Assembly (NCBI RefSeq): GCF_024521635.1
Contig: NW_026250420.1
Coordinates: 558,001 to 622,000, forward strand
From: Tricharina praecox
Taxonomy: Eukaryota
Reading direction: 5' to 3'
DNA length: 64,000 bases
The position numbers and the translations under genes are program-made. Numbering within the stretch: position 1 is the stretch's first letter; each line of letters starts with the position of its first letter. The notes under the pieces are model-generated. The model saw only the letters and a list, made by a program, of their open reading frames with translations, had not been told where the DNA came from and did no database searches. Shown here in pieces: positions 63,001-64,000 of this stretch.

Positions 63001-64000
63001 ACCCATGCCAACAACCCAGCTAGTAACAAAACAGCGAGTGCTCTACCGTGACCACTCCCGCCACGACCACCAGTCCACCACCACCACCACCACGACGCCG
63101 ACAAGACAGCAAATGCCACATCGCAGCTTCCGTTGACTCATAGCCCACCTTCTTCTTTTCTTTTCTCTTCTCTTCTTTGCTTGCGTACGCGTACGGTATT
63201 CCAACCACTGCAAGCTGTAGAGTAACTACCATTCCCATTACCAAACATCCCGACGCCTCAACAAACCCAGGGGCGCCACCAAAGCGCACGTGATCGCAGC
63301 CATCCGACGCCACAGCCACAGCACCCCTGGTCCCTGGACCGCACACGCACACACACACAACACCCAGGATCCACCACCCAACAGAATGGAAAACACATGT
63401 GATTGCGAACGCCGTGCTGTCCAGACTCACAATCCGGGGCTGGGGCTGTGCAGTTTGCGATCTTAATTAGTGCTGGGCCATGGTCTGGGGAGGGCGGGCA
63501 GGTCACAGGGCGAGTATACTAGGTGGGTACGGTCCCGGTATGGTATGTCTGTATGTATGTGGGTACCATCCATACTACTGTCGACACGCAAGCCACTCTC
63601 CGGGGCCAGCAGCAGCAGGCAGCCTACCTACCTGTCTACGTCTACCGCCCCGTGCAAAGCCCCCCGCAGGTATGTATAAGGTAGGTATGCACTCTCGATA
63701 GGGCGTAACAGCCAGCATCCTCACACGCACCATCCGAAAACGCATACGAATCCGGCCGGGGCGTCCCCCTCCCCCTCCCCCGGTTCCGGCCAGTACCTAG
63801 GTATATCGGTGATGAGCTGTCAGACATCGTTAACGTTCGCCCCCTCCGATCCTCCGATTCCCCTCCTCCTCCGATAGCCGTGTAGGGCAGCCCTCCCCCC
63901 TCGCCCGCAAAAGTGCCGCTTGCCGTGGTCGATCGTTCCTTTTCTCGTGCTGTTTGTTCCCTTCCTTTCCGGTTCCCCGTATGTGTGTGGGTGTGTGTGT

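Noticed and set aside
1..64000. tRNA, 5S rRNA, snRNA, TPP riboswitch, telomeric or CRISPR-like arrays
   Set aside because: Checked by eye around GTTCGA, CTGAGA and TTAGGG occurrences with no supporting structure; the tandem repeats lack spacers. A tRNAscan/Rfam run is needed to exclude these properly.

Overview
Eukaryotic, intron-containing fungal DNA. The short GT-AG introns with CTRAC branch points and the gene content suggest a filamentous ascomycete, plausibly Pezizomycetes (inference). About 17 recognisable genes were assembled by hand across introns: SYP1, EXO5, APS2, an Mpv17/PMP22 protein, a Fus1-like single-TM SH3 protein, RKR1/LTN1, a reticulon, bli-3, BIR1, TAM41, IST1, a FUSC/ArAE-type membrane protein, NAF1, ALG9, a DUF3445-type protein, SFI1 and RAV1. 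There is also one frame-split orphan AT-hook gene that the ORF track largely misses. The most interesting signals are in RNA processing: a nested donor-disrupted [D5,6] twin intron (stwintron) in the reticulon gene, an obligatory 5-nt micro-exon in the FUSC-like gene and a probable GC-AG intron in the DUF3445 gene. A ~236-bp MITE-like element with transition-degraded terminal inverted repeats is also present. No tRNA, rRNA, CRISPR array or intact transposon was recognised. All family calls are from remembered motifs; no database search was run.
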